Assembly (NCBI RefSeq): GCF_030654605.1
Contig: NZ_JAURXB010000296.1
Span: 7,220-71,219 of the forward strand
From: Bradyrhizobium sp.
GTDB taxonomy: Bacteria > Pseudomonadota > Alphaproteobacteria > Rhizobiales > Xanthobacteraceae
Length of the DNA stretch: 64,000 nucleotides
Direction: 5' to 3'
Shown: one piece after another, positions 50,248-61,052 of the stretch
Layout: each line of letters starts with the position of its first letter
How positions within the stretch are numbered: the first letter of the stretch is position 1
Made by a program: the position numbers and the translations under genes
Notes under the pieces: generated by a model
Databases searched by the model: none
What the model was told of the DNA's origin: nothing
Seen by the model: the letters and a program-made list of their open reading frames with translations, nothing else

Positions 50248-50457
50248 ATGGCGGACGAACCAGACAACATTGTTCTTAAATATCTGCGTCGCTTCGATGC
50301 AAAGCTCGATCGCGTCGTCGATGAGATGCTTGACGTAAAAGTTCGACTTACGGCTGTCGAAGAGGGACTGGCAGGCGTGAACCGCAGGCTTGATCGGGTA
50401 GAGATTCGTATCGAACGCATCGAGCGTAGGCTCGATCTCGTCGACCAACCGCACTGA
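50248..50457 (+). CDS. small coiled-coil protein of unknown function intercalated between nuoF and nuoG
   Basis: 69-aa ORF MADEPDNIVLKYLRRFDAKLDRVVDEMLDVKVRLTAVEEGLAGVNRRLDRVEIRIERIERRLDLVDQPH. Strong RBS GGGAGGGA. Hand-counted G+C is 112/210 (about 53%). Confidence 0.6.
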   Translation: MADEPDNIVLKYLRRFDAKLDRVVDEMLDVKVRLTAVEEGLAGVNRRLDRVEIRIERIERRLDLVDQPH

Positions 50458-50505
50458 GATTGTAAACCGATGCCACAATTGGCAAGGTGAGAAAGACTTG
50501 AGGCA

Positions 50506-52578
50506 ATGACCAAACTCATCGTCGATGGCAAAGAGATCGATGTCCCCGCGGACTTCACGCTGCTGCAGGCCTGTGAAATGGCGGGCGCGGAAATCCCGCG
50601 CTTTTGCTACCATGAGCGGCTGTCGATCGCGGGCAATTGCCGGATGTGCCTTGTCGAGGTGAAAGGCGGCCCGAAGCCGGTGGCAAGCTGCGCCTGGGCC
50701 GTTCGCGATTGCCGTCCCGGTCCGAAGGGCGAGCCGCCGGAAATCTCGACCCGTTCGCCGATGGGGACGAAGGCGCGCGAAGGCGTGTTGGACTTCCTGC
50801 TGATCAACCATCCGCTGGACTGCCCGATCTGCGATCAGGGCGGCGAGTGCGACCTGCAGGATCAGGCGATGGGCTACGGCGTCGACACCAGCCGCTTCGC
50901 CGAAAACAAGCGCGCGGTTGAGGACAAATACCTTGGCGCGCTGGTCAAGACCTCGATGAACCGCTGCATCCAGTGCACGCGCTGCGTCCGCTTCGCGGCC
51001 GATGTCTGCGGCGTGCCGGAAATGGGCGCTACCGGGCGCGGCGAGGACATGGAGATCACCACCTATCTGGAGTCGGCGCTGACCTCGGAACTGCAGGGCA
51101 ATCTGGTCGATATCTGCCCGGTCGGTGCGCTGACCTCGAAGCCCTATGCCTTCGCGGCGCGGCCCTGGGAGCTCGGCAAGACCCAGTCGATCGACGTAAT
51201 GGATGGCGTCGGCTCGGCGATCCGGGTCGATACCCGCGGCCGCGAGGTGATGCGGATCCTGCCGCGCGTCAACGAGGCGGTGAACGAGGAGTGGATTTCC
51301 GACAAGACCCGCCACATCGTCGACGGCTTGCGCACCCAGCGGCTCGACCGGCCCTACATCAGGGAGAACGGCAAGCTGCGCGCGGCGTCGTGGGCGGAAG
51401 CATTCGGCGCCATCGCGGCCAAGGCCGGCCGCATCGACGGCAAGCGGATCGGCGCCATCGCGGGCGATCTCGCCGCGGTCGAGGAGATGTTCGCGCTGAA
51501 GGAACTGCTGGCGAAATCCGGCTCCACCAATCTGGCGGTGCAGGGCGGCGACGCCTTCGATCCCGGGGCTGGTCGCGCGTCCTACATTTTCAATCCGACC
51601 ATTGCCGGCATCGAGCAGGCCGACGCCTTGCTGATCGTAGGGTCCAACCCGCGCAAGGAGGCCGCCGTCCTCAACGCGCGTATTCGCAAGCGCTGGCGCT
51701 CCGGCCAGCTCAAGATCGGCGTGATCGGCGCCAAGGCCGATCTCACCTACGAATACGACTATCTCGGCGCGGGCACGGATTCGCTCAGCGAACTCGCCGC
51801 CGGCAAGCACGCCTTCGCGAACGTGCTGAAGGGTGCCAAGAAGCCGATCGTGCTGGTCGGTGCCGGCGTGGCCGCGCGCCACGACGGGGCGGCGGTTCTC
51901 GCCGCCACGGCAAAGCTCGCGCTCGATGTCGGCGCGGTCACAGGCGACTGGAACGGATTCGGAATCCTGCACGACACCGCCTCGCGGGTCGGCGCGCTCG
52001 ACATCGGCTTCTCCTCCGGCGCAGGCGGCCTCACCGCGGCGCAGATGACGACATTCGGCACGCTCGATGTCCTGTTCCTGCTCGGCGCCGACGACATCAA
52101 GGCGCCTGACGGCACCTTCGTGGTCTATATCGGCACCCACGGCGACCGCGGCGCGCATCGCGCCGACGTCATCCTGCCGGGATCGGCCTATACCGAGAAG
52201 TCCGGCATCTACGTCAACACCGAGGGCCGGGTGCAGATGGCCAACCGCGCCGCGTTCCCGCCGGGCGAGGCGCGCGAGGACTGGGCGATCGTCCGCGCGC
52301 TGTCGGATGTGCTTGGAAAGAAATTGCCTTGGGATTCGCTGGCCGCGTTGCGGCAGGCGATGTTCAAGGCCGTGCCGCATCTGATGCGCATCGACCAGAT
52401 CGAGGCCGGCAAGGCCGACGACATCAAGAAGCTGGCGGGCAAGGGCGGCAGCGTCGAGAAGGCGCCGTTCAAGACCGTCGAGGATTTTTACCTGACCAAC
52501 CCGATCGCACGCGCGTCAGCGATCATGGCGGAATGTTCCCGCCTGGCCTCCGGGCAAATGCTGACGGCGGCGGAGTGA
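50506..52578 (+). CDS. nuoG: NADH-quinone oxidoreductase subunit G
   Basis: 690 aa. [49 protein letters not shown]. Confidence 0.97.
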   Translation: MTKLIVDGKEIDVPADFTLLQACEMAGAEIPRFCYHERLSIAGNCRMCLVEVKGGPKPVASCAWAVRDCRPGPKGEPPEISTRSPMGTKAREGVLDFLLINHPLDCPICDQGGECDLQDQAMGYGVDTSRFAENKRAVEDKYLGALVKTSMNRCIQCTRCVRFAADVCGVPEMGATGRGEDMEITTYLESALTSELQGNLVDICPVGALTSKPYAFAARPWELGKTQSIDVMDGVGSAIRVDTRGREVMRILPRVNEAVNEEWISDKTRHIVDGLRTQRLDRPYIRENGKLRAASWAEAFGAIAAKAGRIDGKRIGAIAGDLAAVEEMFALKELLAKSGSTNLAVQGGDAFDPGAGRASYIFNPTIAGIEQADALLIVGSNPRKEAAVLNARIRKRWRSGQLKIGVIGAKADLTYEYDYLGAGTDSLSELAAGKHAFANVLKGAKKPIVLVGAGVAARHDGAAVLAATAKLALDVGAVTGDWNGFGILHDTASRVGALDIGFSSGAGGLTAAQMTTFGTLDVLFLLGADDIKAPDGTFVVYIGTHGDRGAHRADVILPGSAYTEKSGIYVNTEGRVQMANRAAFPPGEAREDWAIVRALSDVLGKKLPWDSLAALRQAMFKAVPHLMRIDQIEAGKADDIKKLAGKGGSVEKAPFKTVEDFYLTNPIARASAIMAECSRLASGQMLTAAE

Positions 52579-52582
52579 GCTG

Positions 52583-53653
52583 ATGGCTGAATTTTTCGCA
52601 AGCGGATTCTGGACCGGCTTCCTGTGGCCGCTGATCATCATGATCGCGCAGAGCGTCATGCTGCTCGTCATTCTACTGGTCGCGATCGCCTACATCCTGT
52701 TGGCCGACCGCAAGATCTGGGCGGCGGTGCAGATCCGGCGCGGACCCAACGTCGTCGGCCCCTGGGGCCTGTTCCAGTCCTTCGCCGACCTCTTGAAGTT
52801 CGTGCTGAAGGAGCCGATCATCCCGTCCGGCGCCAACAAGGGCGTGTTCCTGCTGGCGCCGCTGGTGAGCTGCGTGCTGGCGCTGGCGGCCTGGGCGGTG
52901 ATCCCGATGGATCTCGGCTGGGTGATCTCCGACATCAATGTCGGGGTGCTGTATATCTTCGCGATCTCGTCGCTTTCGATCTACGGCATCATCATGGCCG
53001 GCTGGTCGTCGAATTCGAAATACCCGTTCCTGGCGGCACTACGCTCGGCGGCGCAGATGGTCAGTTACGAAGTCTCGATCGGCTTTGTGATCATCACGGT
53101 GCTGTTGTGCGTGGGCTCGCTGAACCTGTCGGCCGTGGTCGAGGCGCAGCACACCCGTGGCCTTGCGACCCTGATCGGCCTGCCGCAGCTGACGATCCTG
53201 AACTGGTATGTCTGGCCGCTGTTCCCGATGTTCGTGATTTTCTACGTCTCGGCGCTGGCGGAAACCAACCGTCCGCCGTTCGATCTGGTGGAAGCCGAAT
53301 CCGAGCTGGTCGCGGGCTTCATGGTCGAATACGGCTCGACGCCGTATCTGCTGTTCATGCTCGGTGAGTACGTCGCGATCACCACGATGTGCGCGCTGGC
53401 GACGATCATGTTCCTCGGCGGCTGGCTGCCGCCGATCGACGTCGTGCCGTTCACCTGGGTTCCCGGGGTGATCTGGTTCACGCTCAAGGTTTTTTTCATG
53501 TTCTTCCTGATTGCGATGGCGAAGGCGATCGTGCCGCGCTACCGCTACGATCAGTTGATGCGGCTCGGCTGGAAGGTGTTCCTGCCGCTGTCGCTGGCGA
53601 TGGTGGTGATTGTGGCCGGCGTGCTGCATTTCGCCGGCATCGCGCCGAAATGA
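52583..53653 (+). CDS. nuoH: NADH-quinone oxidoreductase subunit H
   Basis: 356 aa. ...[33 protein letters not shown]...[24 protein letters not shown]. Confidence 0.97.
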   Translation: MAEFFASGFWTGFLWPLIIMIAQSVMLLVILLVAIAYILLADRKIWAAVQIRRGPNVVGPWGLFQSFADLLKFVLKEPIIPSGANKGVFLLAPLVSCVLALAAWAVIPMDLGWVISDINVGVLYIFAISSLSIYGIIMAGWSSNSKYPFLAALRSAAQMVSYEVSIGFVIITVLLCVGSLNLSAVVEAQHTRGLATLIGLPQLTILNWYVWPLFPMFVIFYVSALAETNRPPFDLVEAESELVAGFMVEYGSTPYLLFMLGEYVAITTMCALATIMFLGGWLPPIDVVPFTWVPGVIWFTLKVFFMFFLIAMAKAIVPRYRYDQLMRLGWKVFLPLSLAMVVIVAGVLHFAGIAPK

Positions 53654-53660
53654 GGTCGCT

Positions 53661-54155
53661 ATGAGTGTAAACATCAACGCAACGGCCCGCTCGCTCCTGC
53701 TGACGGAATTCGTCTCGGCGTTCTTTCTCGCGATGCGCTATTTCTTCAAGCCGAAGCCGACGCTGAACTATCCGTTCGAGAAGGGGCCGATCTCGCCGCG
53801 CTTCCGCGGCGAGCATGCGCTGCGCCGCTATCCCAATGGCGAGGACCGCTGCATCGCCTGCAAGCTGTGCGAGGCGATCTGTCCGGCGCAGGCGATCACG
53901 ATCGAGGCCGGCCCGCGCCGTAACGACGGCACCCGCCGTACCGTGCGCTACGACATCGATATGGTTAAATGCATCTATTGCGGATTGTGCCAGGAGGCCT
54001 GTCCGGTCGATGCGATCGTCGAGGGACCGAATTTCGAATTCGCGACCGAGACCCGCGAGGAACTCTATTATGACAAGGCGAAATTGCTCGCCAATGGCGA
54101 CCGCTGGGAGCGCGAGATTGCGAAATCCATCGAACTCGATTCGCCGTACCGGTGA
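53661..54155 (+). CDS. nuoI: NADH-quinone oxidoreductase subunit I
   Basis: ATG 53661 gives [11 protein letters not shown].... Two 4Fe-4S motifs [12 protein letters not shown] and [12 protein letters not shown]. Confidence 0.96.
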   Translation: MSVNINATARSLLLTEFVSAFFLAMRYFFKPKPTLNYPFEKGPISPRFRGEHALRRYPNGEDRCIACKLCEAICPAQAITIEAGPRRNDGTRRTVRYDIDMVKCIYCGLCQEACPVDAIVEGPNFEFATETREELYYDKAKLLANGDRWEREIAKSIELDSPYR

Positions 54156-54164
54156 GGTGAGGGC

Positions 54165-54803
54165 ATGATCCTTCCAGCCCTGTTCTTCTATCTGTTCGCC
54201 GGCGTCTGTGTCGCCTCGGCGGTGATGGTGATTGTGTCGCGCAATCCCGTGCACTCCGTGCTGTTCCTGATCCTGGCCTTCGTCAACGCCTCCGGCCTGT
54301 TCATCCTGATGGGCGCCGAATTCCTCGGCATGATCCTGGTCGTGGTCTATGTCGGCGCGGTCGCCGTCCTGTTCCTGTTCGTGATCATGATGCTCGACGT
54401 CGACTTCACCGAGTTGCGCGAGGGATTCCTGGAATACCTGCCGTTCGGCCTCGTGATCGGCGCGATCTTCCTCGCCGAGCTGCTGCTGGTCGGTGGCGGC
54501 TGGGTCATCAATCCGAATGTCGTCAAATCGGCTACGTCGACGATCCCGGCCAATATCAGCAATACCGAGGCGCTCGGGCTCGTGCTCTACACCCAGTACA
54601 TTCATTACTTCCAGATCGCCGGCATGGTGCTGCTGGTGGCGATGATCGGTGCGATCGTGCTGACGCTGCGCCACAAGGTCAGCGTCAAGCGGCAGGACAT
54701 CAACGTGCAGAATGCGCGGACGCCGGAGCTCGCGATGAGCGTGCGCACGGTGGCGTCGGGGCAGGGCCTGCAGGACGCGGACGCGCCGGAGTGGGTGAAA
54801 TGA
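54165..54803 (+). CDS. nuoJ: NADH-quinone oxidoreductase subunit J
   Basis: 212 aa. ...[53 protein letters not shown]. Confidence 0.95.
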   Translation: MILPALFFYLFAGVCVASAVMVIVSRNPVHSVLFLILAFVNASGLFILMGAEFLGMILVVVYVGAVAVLFLFVIMMLDVDFTELREGFLEYLPFGLVIGAIFLAELLLVGGGWVINPNVVKSATSTIPANISNTEALGLVLYTQYIHYFQIAGMVLLVAMIGAIVLTLRHKVSVKRQDINVQNARTPELAMSVRTVASGQGLQDADAPEWVK

Positions 54804-55108
54804 CCATCGGTCTCGGACATTACCTCTCGGTCGGCGCGATCCTGTTCACGCTCGGGATCCTCGGCATCTTTCTAAACCGCAAGAACATCATCGTCATCCT
54901 GATGTCGATCGAGCTGATCCTGCTCGCGGTCAACATCAACCTGGTGGCGTTCTCGACCTTCCTCGGCGACATCGTCGGGCAGGTATTTGCGCTGCTGGTG
55001 CTCACGGTGGCCGCGGCGGAAGCTGCGATCGGGCTTGCGGTGCTGGTGGTGTACTTCCGCAATCGCGGCTCGATTGCGGTCGAAGACGTCAATCTGATGA
55101 AGGGTTAA
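54800..55108 (+). CDS. nuoK: NADH-quinone oxidoreductase subunit K
   Basis: ATG 54800 (ATGA overlap with the nuoJ stop) gives [45 protein letters not shown].... Confidence 0.95.
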   Translation: MTIGLGHYLSVGAILFTLGILGIFLNRKNIIVILMSIELILLAVNINLVAFSTFLGDIVGQVFALLVLTVAAAEAAIGLAVLVVYFRNRGSIAVEDVNLMKG

Positions 55109-55116
55109 CGCGTCAC

Positions 55117-57183
55117 ATGATCCAGGCAATCGTCTTTCTGCCGCTGATCGGCGCTGTACTCGCGGGCCTGATCGCTATCTTCGGTGCGCATGCGCGCAAC
55201 CCGAGCGGCGATGTGGTCGAGCATCACGATGATGGCCATGGTCACGGCGCGCATGCGTCGGATGTCCATGACGACCATGACGACCATGGCCATGACGACC
55301 ATCACGCGGCCGAACCGCCGGCGGCGGGGTCGCGCGCTGCCGAATTCATCACGACCGGATTGCTGCTGGTGTCCGCCGCGCTTTCCTGGGTCGCTCTGGT
55401 CGACGTCGGCTTCATGCACCATGACGTGCGCATCGCGCTGTTCACCTGGATCAATTCCGGCGACCTGCAGATCGCGTGGGCGCTGCGGGTCGATACGCTG
55501 ACTGCCGTGATGCTGGTGGTGGTCAACACCGTGTCGTCGCTCGTGCACCTCTATTCCATCGGTTACATGGACGAGGATCCGCACCGGCCGCGGTTCTTTG
55601 CCTATCTGTCGCTGTTCACCTTCGCGATGCTGATGCTGGTGACCTCGGACAACCTGGTGCAGCTGTTCTTCGGCTGGGAGGGCGTCGGCCTCGCAAGCTA
55701 TCTGCTGATCGGGTTCTGGTACCAGAAGCCGTCGGCGAACGCCGCCGCCATCAAGGCCTTCGTGGTCAACCGGGTCGGCGATTTCGGCTTTGCGCTCGGC
55801 ATCTTCGCGATCTTCATGATGATCGGCTCGACCGATTTCGAGACCGTCTTCGCCGGCGCGCAGGGGCTGACCGGCAAGACCATCGACTTCTTCGGCTGGC
55901 ACGCCGATGCGCTGACGCTGATCTGCCTGTTGCTGTTCATGGGCGCGATGGGCAAATCGGCCCAGTTCCTGCTGCACACCTGGCTTCCGGACGCCATGGA
56001 AGGCCCGACGCCGGTCTCGGCGCTGATCCACGCCGCGACCATGGTCACCGCGGGTGTCTTCATGGTGGCGCGGCTGTCGCCGCTGTTCGAACTCGCGCCG
56101 AACGCGCAGGCCGCGGTGATGTTCTTCGGCGCCACCACGGCGTTCTTCGCCGCAACCGTCGGGCTCGTGCAGAACGACATCAAGCGTATCGTGGCGTATT
56201 CGACCTGTTCGCAGCTCGGCTACATGTTCGTGGCGATGGGGGCGGGGGCCTATTCGGTCGGCATGTTCCATCTGTTCACGCACGCCTTCTTCAAGGCGCT
56301 GCTGTTCCTGGGCTCAGGCTCGGTGATCTATGCGATGCATCACGAGCAGGACATCCGCAACATGGGCGGGTTGAAGGACAAGATTCCCTTCACCTACATC
56401 GTGATGGTGATCGGCACGCTGGCGCTGACCGGATTCCCGCTCACCGCGGGCTATTTCTCCAAGGACGCGATCATCGAATCCGCGTTCGTCTCGCACAATC
56501 CGTTCGCCTTCTACGGTTTCCTGATGACCGTGATCGCGGCGGGCCTGACCTCGTTTTATTCATGGCGTCTGATCTTCAAGACCTTCCATGGCGAGCCGCA
56601 CGATCGGAAACACTATGAGGCCGCGCACGAGGCGCCGTTGTGGATGCTGGTCCCGATCGGCATTCTCGCCGCCGGATCGATCCTCGCCGGCTTCCCGTTC
56701 AAGGAGCTGTTCGCCGGTCATGGCGTGGCGGAATTCTTCCGCGATTCGCTGAAGATGCATCCCGGAATCATCGACGAGATGCACCACGTGCCGCAGGCCA
56801 TCGCGTTCCTGCCGACGGTCATGATGGCTTTGGGCTTCGTGGTGTCGTGGCTGTTCTATATCCGGCGGCCCTACCTTCCGGTGGAACTCGCCAACCAGCA
56901 CCGGATGCTCTACCAGTTCCTGCTCAACAAATGGTACTTCGACGAGCTCTACGATTTCATCTTCGTCCGGCCGACCAAGTGGCTCGGCCGCTTCCTGTGG
57001 AAGAAGGGCGACGGCTACGTGATCGACGGTTTCGGGCCCGACGGCGTATCGGCGCGGGTGCTCGATGTCACCCGTAATGTGGTGAAAATCCAGACCGGCT
57101 ACCTCTATCACTACGCCTTCGCGATGCTGATCGGGGTCGCCGGTTTGATCACCTGGTTCATGTTCGGCGCGGGGGCCCATTGA
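55117..57183 (+). CDS. nuoL: NADH-quinone oxidoreductase subunit L (with His/Asp-rich insertion after TM1)
   Basis: 688 aa. [48 protein letters not shown]. Residues 35-63 read [29 protein letters not shown]. Confidence 0.96.
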   Translation: MIQAIVFLPLIGAVLAGLIAIFGAHARNPSGDVVEHHDDGHGHGAHASDVHDDHDDHGHDDHHAAEPPAAGSRAAEFITTGLLLVSAALSWVALVDVGFMHHDVRIALFTWINSGDLQIAWALRVDTLTAVMLVVVNTVSSLVHLYSIGYMDEDPHRPRFFAYLSLFTFAMLMLVTSDNLVQLFFGWEGVGLASYLLIGFWYQKPSANAAAIKAFVVNRVGDFGFALGIFAIFMMIGSTDFETVFAGAQGLTGKTIDFFGWHADALTLICLLLFMGAMGKSAQFLLHTWLPDAMEGPTPVSALIHAATMVTAGVFMVARLSPLFELAPNAQAAVMFFGATTAFFAATVGLVQNDIKRIVAYSTCSQLGYMFVAMGAGAYSVGMFHLFTHAFFKALLFLGSGSVIYAMHHEQDIRNMGGLKDKIPFTYIVMVIGTLALTGFPLTAGYFSKDAIIESAFVSHNPFAFYGFLMTVIAAGLTSFYSWRLIFKTFHGEPHDRKHYEAAHEAPLWMLVPIGILAAGSILAGFPFKELFAGHGVAEFFRDSLKMHPGIIDEMHHVPQAIAFLPTVMMALGFVVSWLFYIRRPYLPVELANQHRMLYQFLLNKWYFDELYDFIFVRPTKWLGRFLWKKGDGYVIDGFGPDGVSARVLDVTRNVVKIQTGYLYHYAFAMLIGVAGLITWFMFGAGAH

Positions 57184-58691
57184 TGACTACCTGGCCCATT
57201 CTTTCGGTCGTCACCTTCCTGCCGGTGGTCGGCGCTCTGCTGATCTATCTCAGCCGCGGCGACGATGAAGCGGCGCGGCGCAACGCGCGCTGGATCGCGC
57301 TGTGGACCACGCTGATCACCTTTGCAGTGTCACTGATCCTGGTGTGGCGCTTCGATGCCGCGCAGCCGGATTTCCAGTTCGTCGAGAAGGCGCAGTGGCT
57401 CGCCAGCGGCATCACCTATCACATGGGTGTCGACGGCATTTCGCTGCCGTTCGTGATCCTGACCACCGCTTTGATGCCGTTCTGCATCATCGCGAGCTGG
57501 AAATCGATCACCCAGCGGGTGGGCGAATACATGATGGCGTTCCTGCTCTTGGAAACGCTGATGATCGGCACCTTCTCCGCGCTCGATCTCGTGCTGTTCT
57601 ATCTGTTCTTCGAGGGCGGACTGATTCCGATGTTCCTGATCATCGGGGTGTGGGGCGGACCGCGCCGGGTCTATGCCTCCTTCAAGTTCTTCCTCTACAC
57701 GCTGCTCGGCTCGGTCCTGATGCTGCTGGCGATCATGGCGCTGTACTGGAACGCCGGCACCACCGACATTCCGACCCTGATGCACACGGCGGTGCCGCGC
57801 AATCTGCAGACCTGGGCGTGGCTGGCGTTCTTCGCTTCCTTCGCGGTGAAGATGCCGATGTGGCCGGTGCACACCTGGCTGCCGGACGCGCATGTCGAGG
57901 CGCCGACGGCGGGCTCGGTGGTGCTGGCCGCGATCCTGCTGAAGATGGGTGGCTACGGCTTCCTGCGCTTCTCGCTGCCGATGTTCCCGCTGGCCTCGCA
58001 TGATTTCGCGCCGCTGATCTTCGGGATGTCGGTCATTGCCATCATCTACACCTCGCTGGTGGCGTTGATGCAGGAGGACATCAAGAAGCTGATCGCCTAT
58101 TCGTCGGTCGCCCACATGGGCTTCGTCACCATGGGCATTTTCGCCGGCACCACCCAGGGCGTCGCCGGCGGCGTGTTCCAGATGGTGTCGCACGGCATCG
58201 TTTCGGGCGCGCTGTTCCTCTGCGTCGGCATCGTCTACGACCGCATGCATACCCGCGAGATCGCGGCCTATGGCGGCCTGGTCAACCGGATGCCGCTCTA
58301 CGCCGTCGTGTTCATGGTGTTCACCATGGCCAATGTCGGTCTGCCCGGCACTTCCGGATTCGTCGGCGAGTTCCTGACGCTGGTCGGAACCTTCAAGGTC
58401 TCGATCCCGACGGCGACCGCGGCAACGCTCGGCGTGATCCTGTCGGCGGCCTATGCGCTGTGGCTCTATCGCAAGGTCGTGTTCGGAAAGCTGACGAAGC
58501 CGTCACTGGCCAGCATCAAGGATCTCACCTTCCGCGAGAGCCTGATCCTGCTTCCGCTGGTATTTCTCACCATCCTGTTCGGCGTCTATCCGAAGCCGGT
58601 GCTCGATATGTCGGCGGCCTCCGTGCAGCAACTCGTCAACAACTACAACACCGCGATCACTGCCGTGAAGGCAGCCGCGCTGCTGCAGTAA
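57183..58691 (+). CDS. nuoM: NADH-quinone oxidoreductase subunit M
   Basis: ATG 57183 (the track's TTG 57180 overlaps the nuoL stop). ...[40 protein letters not shown]. Confidence 0.96.
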   Translation: MTTWPILSVVTFLPVVGALLIYLSRGDDEAARRNARWIALWTTLITFAVSLILVWRFDAAQPDFQFVEKAQWLASGITYHMGVDGISLPFVILTTALMPFCIIASWKSITQRVGEYMMAFLLLETLMIGTFSALDLVLFYLFFEGGLIPMFLIIGVWGGPRRVYASFKFFLYTLLGSVLMLLAIMALYWNAGTTDIPTLMHTAVPRNLQTWAWLAFFASFAVKMPMWPVHTWLPDAHVEAPTAGSVVLAAILLKMGGYGFLRFSLPMFPLASHDFAPLIFGMSVIAIIYTSLVALMQEDIKKLIAYSSVAHMGFVTMGIFAGTTQGVAGGVFQMVSHGIVSGALFLCVGIVYDRMHTREIAAYGGLVNRMPLYAVVFMVFTMANVGLPGTSGFVGEFLTLVGTFKVSIPTATAATLGVILSAAYALWLYRKVVFGKLTKPSLASIKDLTFRESLILLPLVFLTILFGVYPKPVLDMSAASVQQLVNNYNTAITAVKAAALLQ

Positions 58692-58695
58692 CCCA

Positions 58696-58779
58696 TAGCG
58701 TTTTCGAGCGAAGTGGGAACCGGTTCGCGTAAAGAAAACGCGTCAAAAAGGAAAGAGGCTTGGTTCTGATTTATCAGAA
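58696..58779. repeat. MITE/REP-like double-hairpin element inside the nuo operon (nuoM-nuoN spacer)
   Basis: gcgttttc (58696-58703) ... gaaaacgc (58732-58739), then ggttctgat-tt-atcagaacc (58760-58779, perfect 9-bp stem). Occupies most of the only long (114-nt) spacer that contains no ORF in the operon. Confidence 0.75.
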
Positions 58780-58805
58780 CCGAGCTAGGATTAGGACAGC
58801 GCGCC

Positions 58806-60239
58806 ATGAGCTTTGAGAGTGCAGGATATCAACTGCTGCCCGTGCTGCCGGAACTGGTGCTGGCGGTCGGCGCCATGGCGCTGCTGATGCTGGGGGCCTA
58901 TGGCAAGGAGACGACCAGGCTCGTCACCGGCCTTTCCATTGGCCTGCTGGTGGTCGTGGGCGCGCTGGAGCTGATGCTGCCGGCGGGCAAGCTGACCACG
59001 TTCGGCGGCAGCTTCATCGTCGACGATTTTGCCCGCTTCCTGAAGGTCCTGGCGCTGATCGGTTCGGCGGCGACGCTGATCCTGTCGGCGGAATTCCTGG
59101 CCGATCCGTCGCGACGGATCTTCGAATATGCGATCCTTGTGCTGCTCTCGACGCTCGGCATGATGGTGCTGATCTCGGCCGGCGACCTGATCATGCTCTA
59201 TCTCGGCCTCGAGCTGATGAGCCTCGCGCTCTACGTGGTCGCCGCCAGCAACCGCGACAACGCCAAATCCACCGAAGCCGGCCTGAAGTACTTCGTGCTC
59301 GGCGCGCTGTCGTCGGGCATGCTGCTGTACGGCGCCTCGCTGATCTACGGTTTTACCGGCACCGTCAGTTTCGCCGGAATCGCCACGGCCGCCAAGACCG
59401 GCAGCATCGGCATCGTGTTCGGGCTGGTGTTCCTGCTGGCCGGGCTTTGCTTCAAGGTCTCCGCGGTGCCGTTCCACATGTGGACGCCCGACGTCTATGA
59501 GGGCGCGCCGACCCCGGTCACCGCATTCTTCGCCTCCGCGCCGAAGGTCGCTGCCCTGGCGGTATTCACCCGCGTGGCACTCACTGCCTTTCCGGGCATC
59601 GTCTCGGAGTGGCAGCAGATCGTGGTGTTCGTGGCGATCGCCTCGATGGTGCTGGGATCGTTCGCCGCCATCGGCCAGACCAACATCAAGCGCCTGATGG
59701 CCTATTCGTCGATCGGCCATATGGGCTTTGCGCTGGTCGGCCTTGCCGCCGGCACCGTCGAGGGCGCGCAGGGCGTCCTGGTCTATATCTCGATTTACGT
59801 CGCCATGACGCTCGGCACCTTCGCGGTGATCCTGACCATGAAGCGCAACGGCCAGCACGTCGAGAGCATCCGCGATTTCGCCGGGCTGTCGCGCACCAAC
59901 CCGCTGCTGGCGTTCTTTTTTGCGATGCTGCTGTTTTCGCTGGCCGGCGTTCCGCCGCTGGCGGGATTCTTCGGCAAATTCTATGTGTTCTTGGCCGCGA
60001 TCAAGGCCGGCCTGTTCACGCTCGCGGTGATCGGCGTGATCGCCAGCGTGATCGGCGCCTATTACTATCTCACCATCATCAAGGTGATGTATTTCGACGA
60101 GCCGCTGGCCAAGCTCGACCCGATGCGGATGGAATTGCGCACGGTGCTGGCGGTCGCGGGCCTCTTCAACATCTTCTTCTTCGTCTATCCGGGGCCGCTG
60201 GTCAGCGTGGCGACGTCGGCGGCGAAGTCTCTGTTTTAA
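58806..60239 (+). CDS. nuoN: NADH-quinone oxidoreductase subunit N
   Basis: 477 aa. ...[28 protein letters not shown]...[14 protein letters not shown]. Confidence 0.96.
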   Translation: MSFESAGYQLLPVLPELVLAVGAMALLMLGAYGKETTRLVTGLSIGLLVVVGALELMLPAGKLTTFGGSFIVDDFARFLKVLALIGSAATLILSAEFLADPSRRIFEYAILVLLSTLGMMVLISAGDLIMLYLGLELMSLALYVVAASNRDNAKSTEAGLKYFVLGALSSGMLLYGASLIYGFTGTVSFAGIATAAKTGSIGIVFGLVFLLAGLCFKVSAVPFHMWTPDVYEGAPTPVTAFFASAPKVAALAVFTRVALTAFPGIVSEWQQIVVFVAIASMVLGSFAAIGQTNIKRLMAYSSIGHMGFALVGLAAGTVEGAQGVLVYISIYVAMTLGTFAVILTMKRNGQHVESIRDFAGLSRTNPLLAFFFAMLLFSLAGVPPLAGFFGKFYVFLAAIKAGLFTLAVIGVIASVIGAYYYLTIIKVMYFDEPLAKLDPMRMELRTVLAVAGLFNIFFFVYPGPLVSVATSAAKSLF

Positions 60240-61052
60240 ATGGCTTTCAAGCTCGGTCCGCGAGCCATCTCGGCGGGCTACCGGCTCGCCGCTTTCGACC
60301 AAATTGGCTCGACCAATACGGAAGCCATGGCGCGGGCGCGCGAGGGCGAGTATGGTCCGATGTGGTTCGTTACGTCGGAGCAGACGGCCGGGCGCGGACG
60401 ACGGAATCGCCCCTGGATCGCTCCGCGCGGAAATCTTGCGAGCAGCATCCTCGAAGTGATCGATGTGGCGCCTGCGGTCGCGGCGACGCTGGGGTTTGCC
60501 GCAGGATTGGCGATCGGGACGGCACTGCAAAAAGTTAGCATCGAAGCATCGCTGAGGTCGGCGGGATCGGAACATATGACGTTTTCGCTGAAATGGCCCA
60601 ACGACGTCCTGGCCGGGGGAAAGAAGCTCGTCGGCATCGGGCTGGAAGCCGAGGCCGTGCCGGGTGACCGGTTGGCCGTCGTAGTCGGCATCGGCACCAA
60701 TGTCGTAGCCGCGCCCGAGGGCACGCCGACCCCGGCAACTTCGCTGGCGGCGATCGGCGTTCATGTCGGCGCCGAGGACCTGTTCGCCGAACTGTCGGAT
60801 GCCTGGGCCGAGACCCGCGGCATCTGGGACAATGGCCGGGGTTTTGATGAAATCCGGCGGCTGTGGCTGGAGCGCGCGGCCGGGCTGGGCCAGCCGGTCG
60901 CGGTCCGGGCAGGCGCCGGCACCGTTGAAGGAATATTCGATACCATCGACGAGCAGGGCTGCCTGATCATCCGCAAGGCGGATGGCCACCGGGTCTCGAT
61001 CTCGGCCGGCGACGTCCATTTCGGCTCGACAGCATCGGCGGGGGCGGTCTGA
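60240..61052 (+). CDS. birA: biotin--[acetyl-CoA-carboxylase] ligase (group I, no HTH)
   Basis: 270 aa. SEQTAGRGRRNRPWIAPRGNL (GRGRxxR biotin-binding loop), KWPNDVL. Starts immediately after the nuoN stop. Confidence 0.9.
   Translation: MAFKLGPRAISAGYRLAAFDQIGSTNTEAMARAREGEYGPMWFVTSEQTAGRGRRNRPWIAPRGNLASSILEVIDVAPAVAATLGFAAGLAIGTALQKVSIEASLRSAGSEHMTFSLKWPNDVLAGGKKLVGIGLEAEAVPGDRLAVVVGIGTNVVAAPEGTPTPATSLAAIGVHVGAEDLFAELSDAWAETRGIWDNGRGFDEIRRLWLERAAGLGQPVAVRAGAGTVEGIFDTIDEQGCLIIRKADGHRVSISAGDVHFGSTASAGAV

Noticed and set aside
49873-52380. 835-aa minus-strand ORF antisense to nuoF/nuoG. Similar long antisense ORFs occur at 58791-61019 (742 aa), 48897-50558 (553 aa), 36056-37327 (423 aa), 20038-21903 (621 aa), 27203-28753 (516 aa), 640-1893 (417 aa) and 55105-56283 (392 aa).
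   Set aside because: These are shadow ORFs typical of high-G+C DNA. They lie exactly opposite genes with unmistakable conserved motifs. Their translations are Arg/Gly/His/Asp/Pro-rich low-complexity strings with no motifs, and stop codons are simply rare in these frames.
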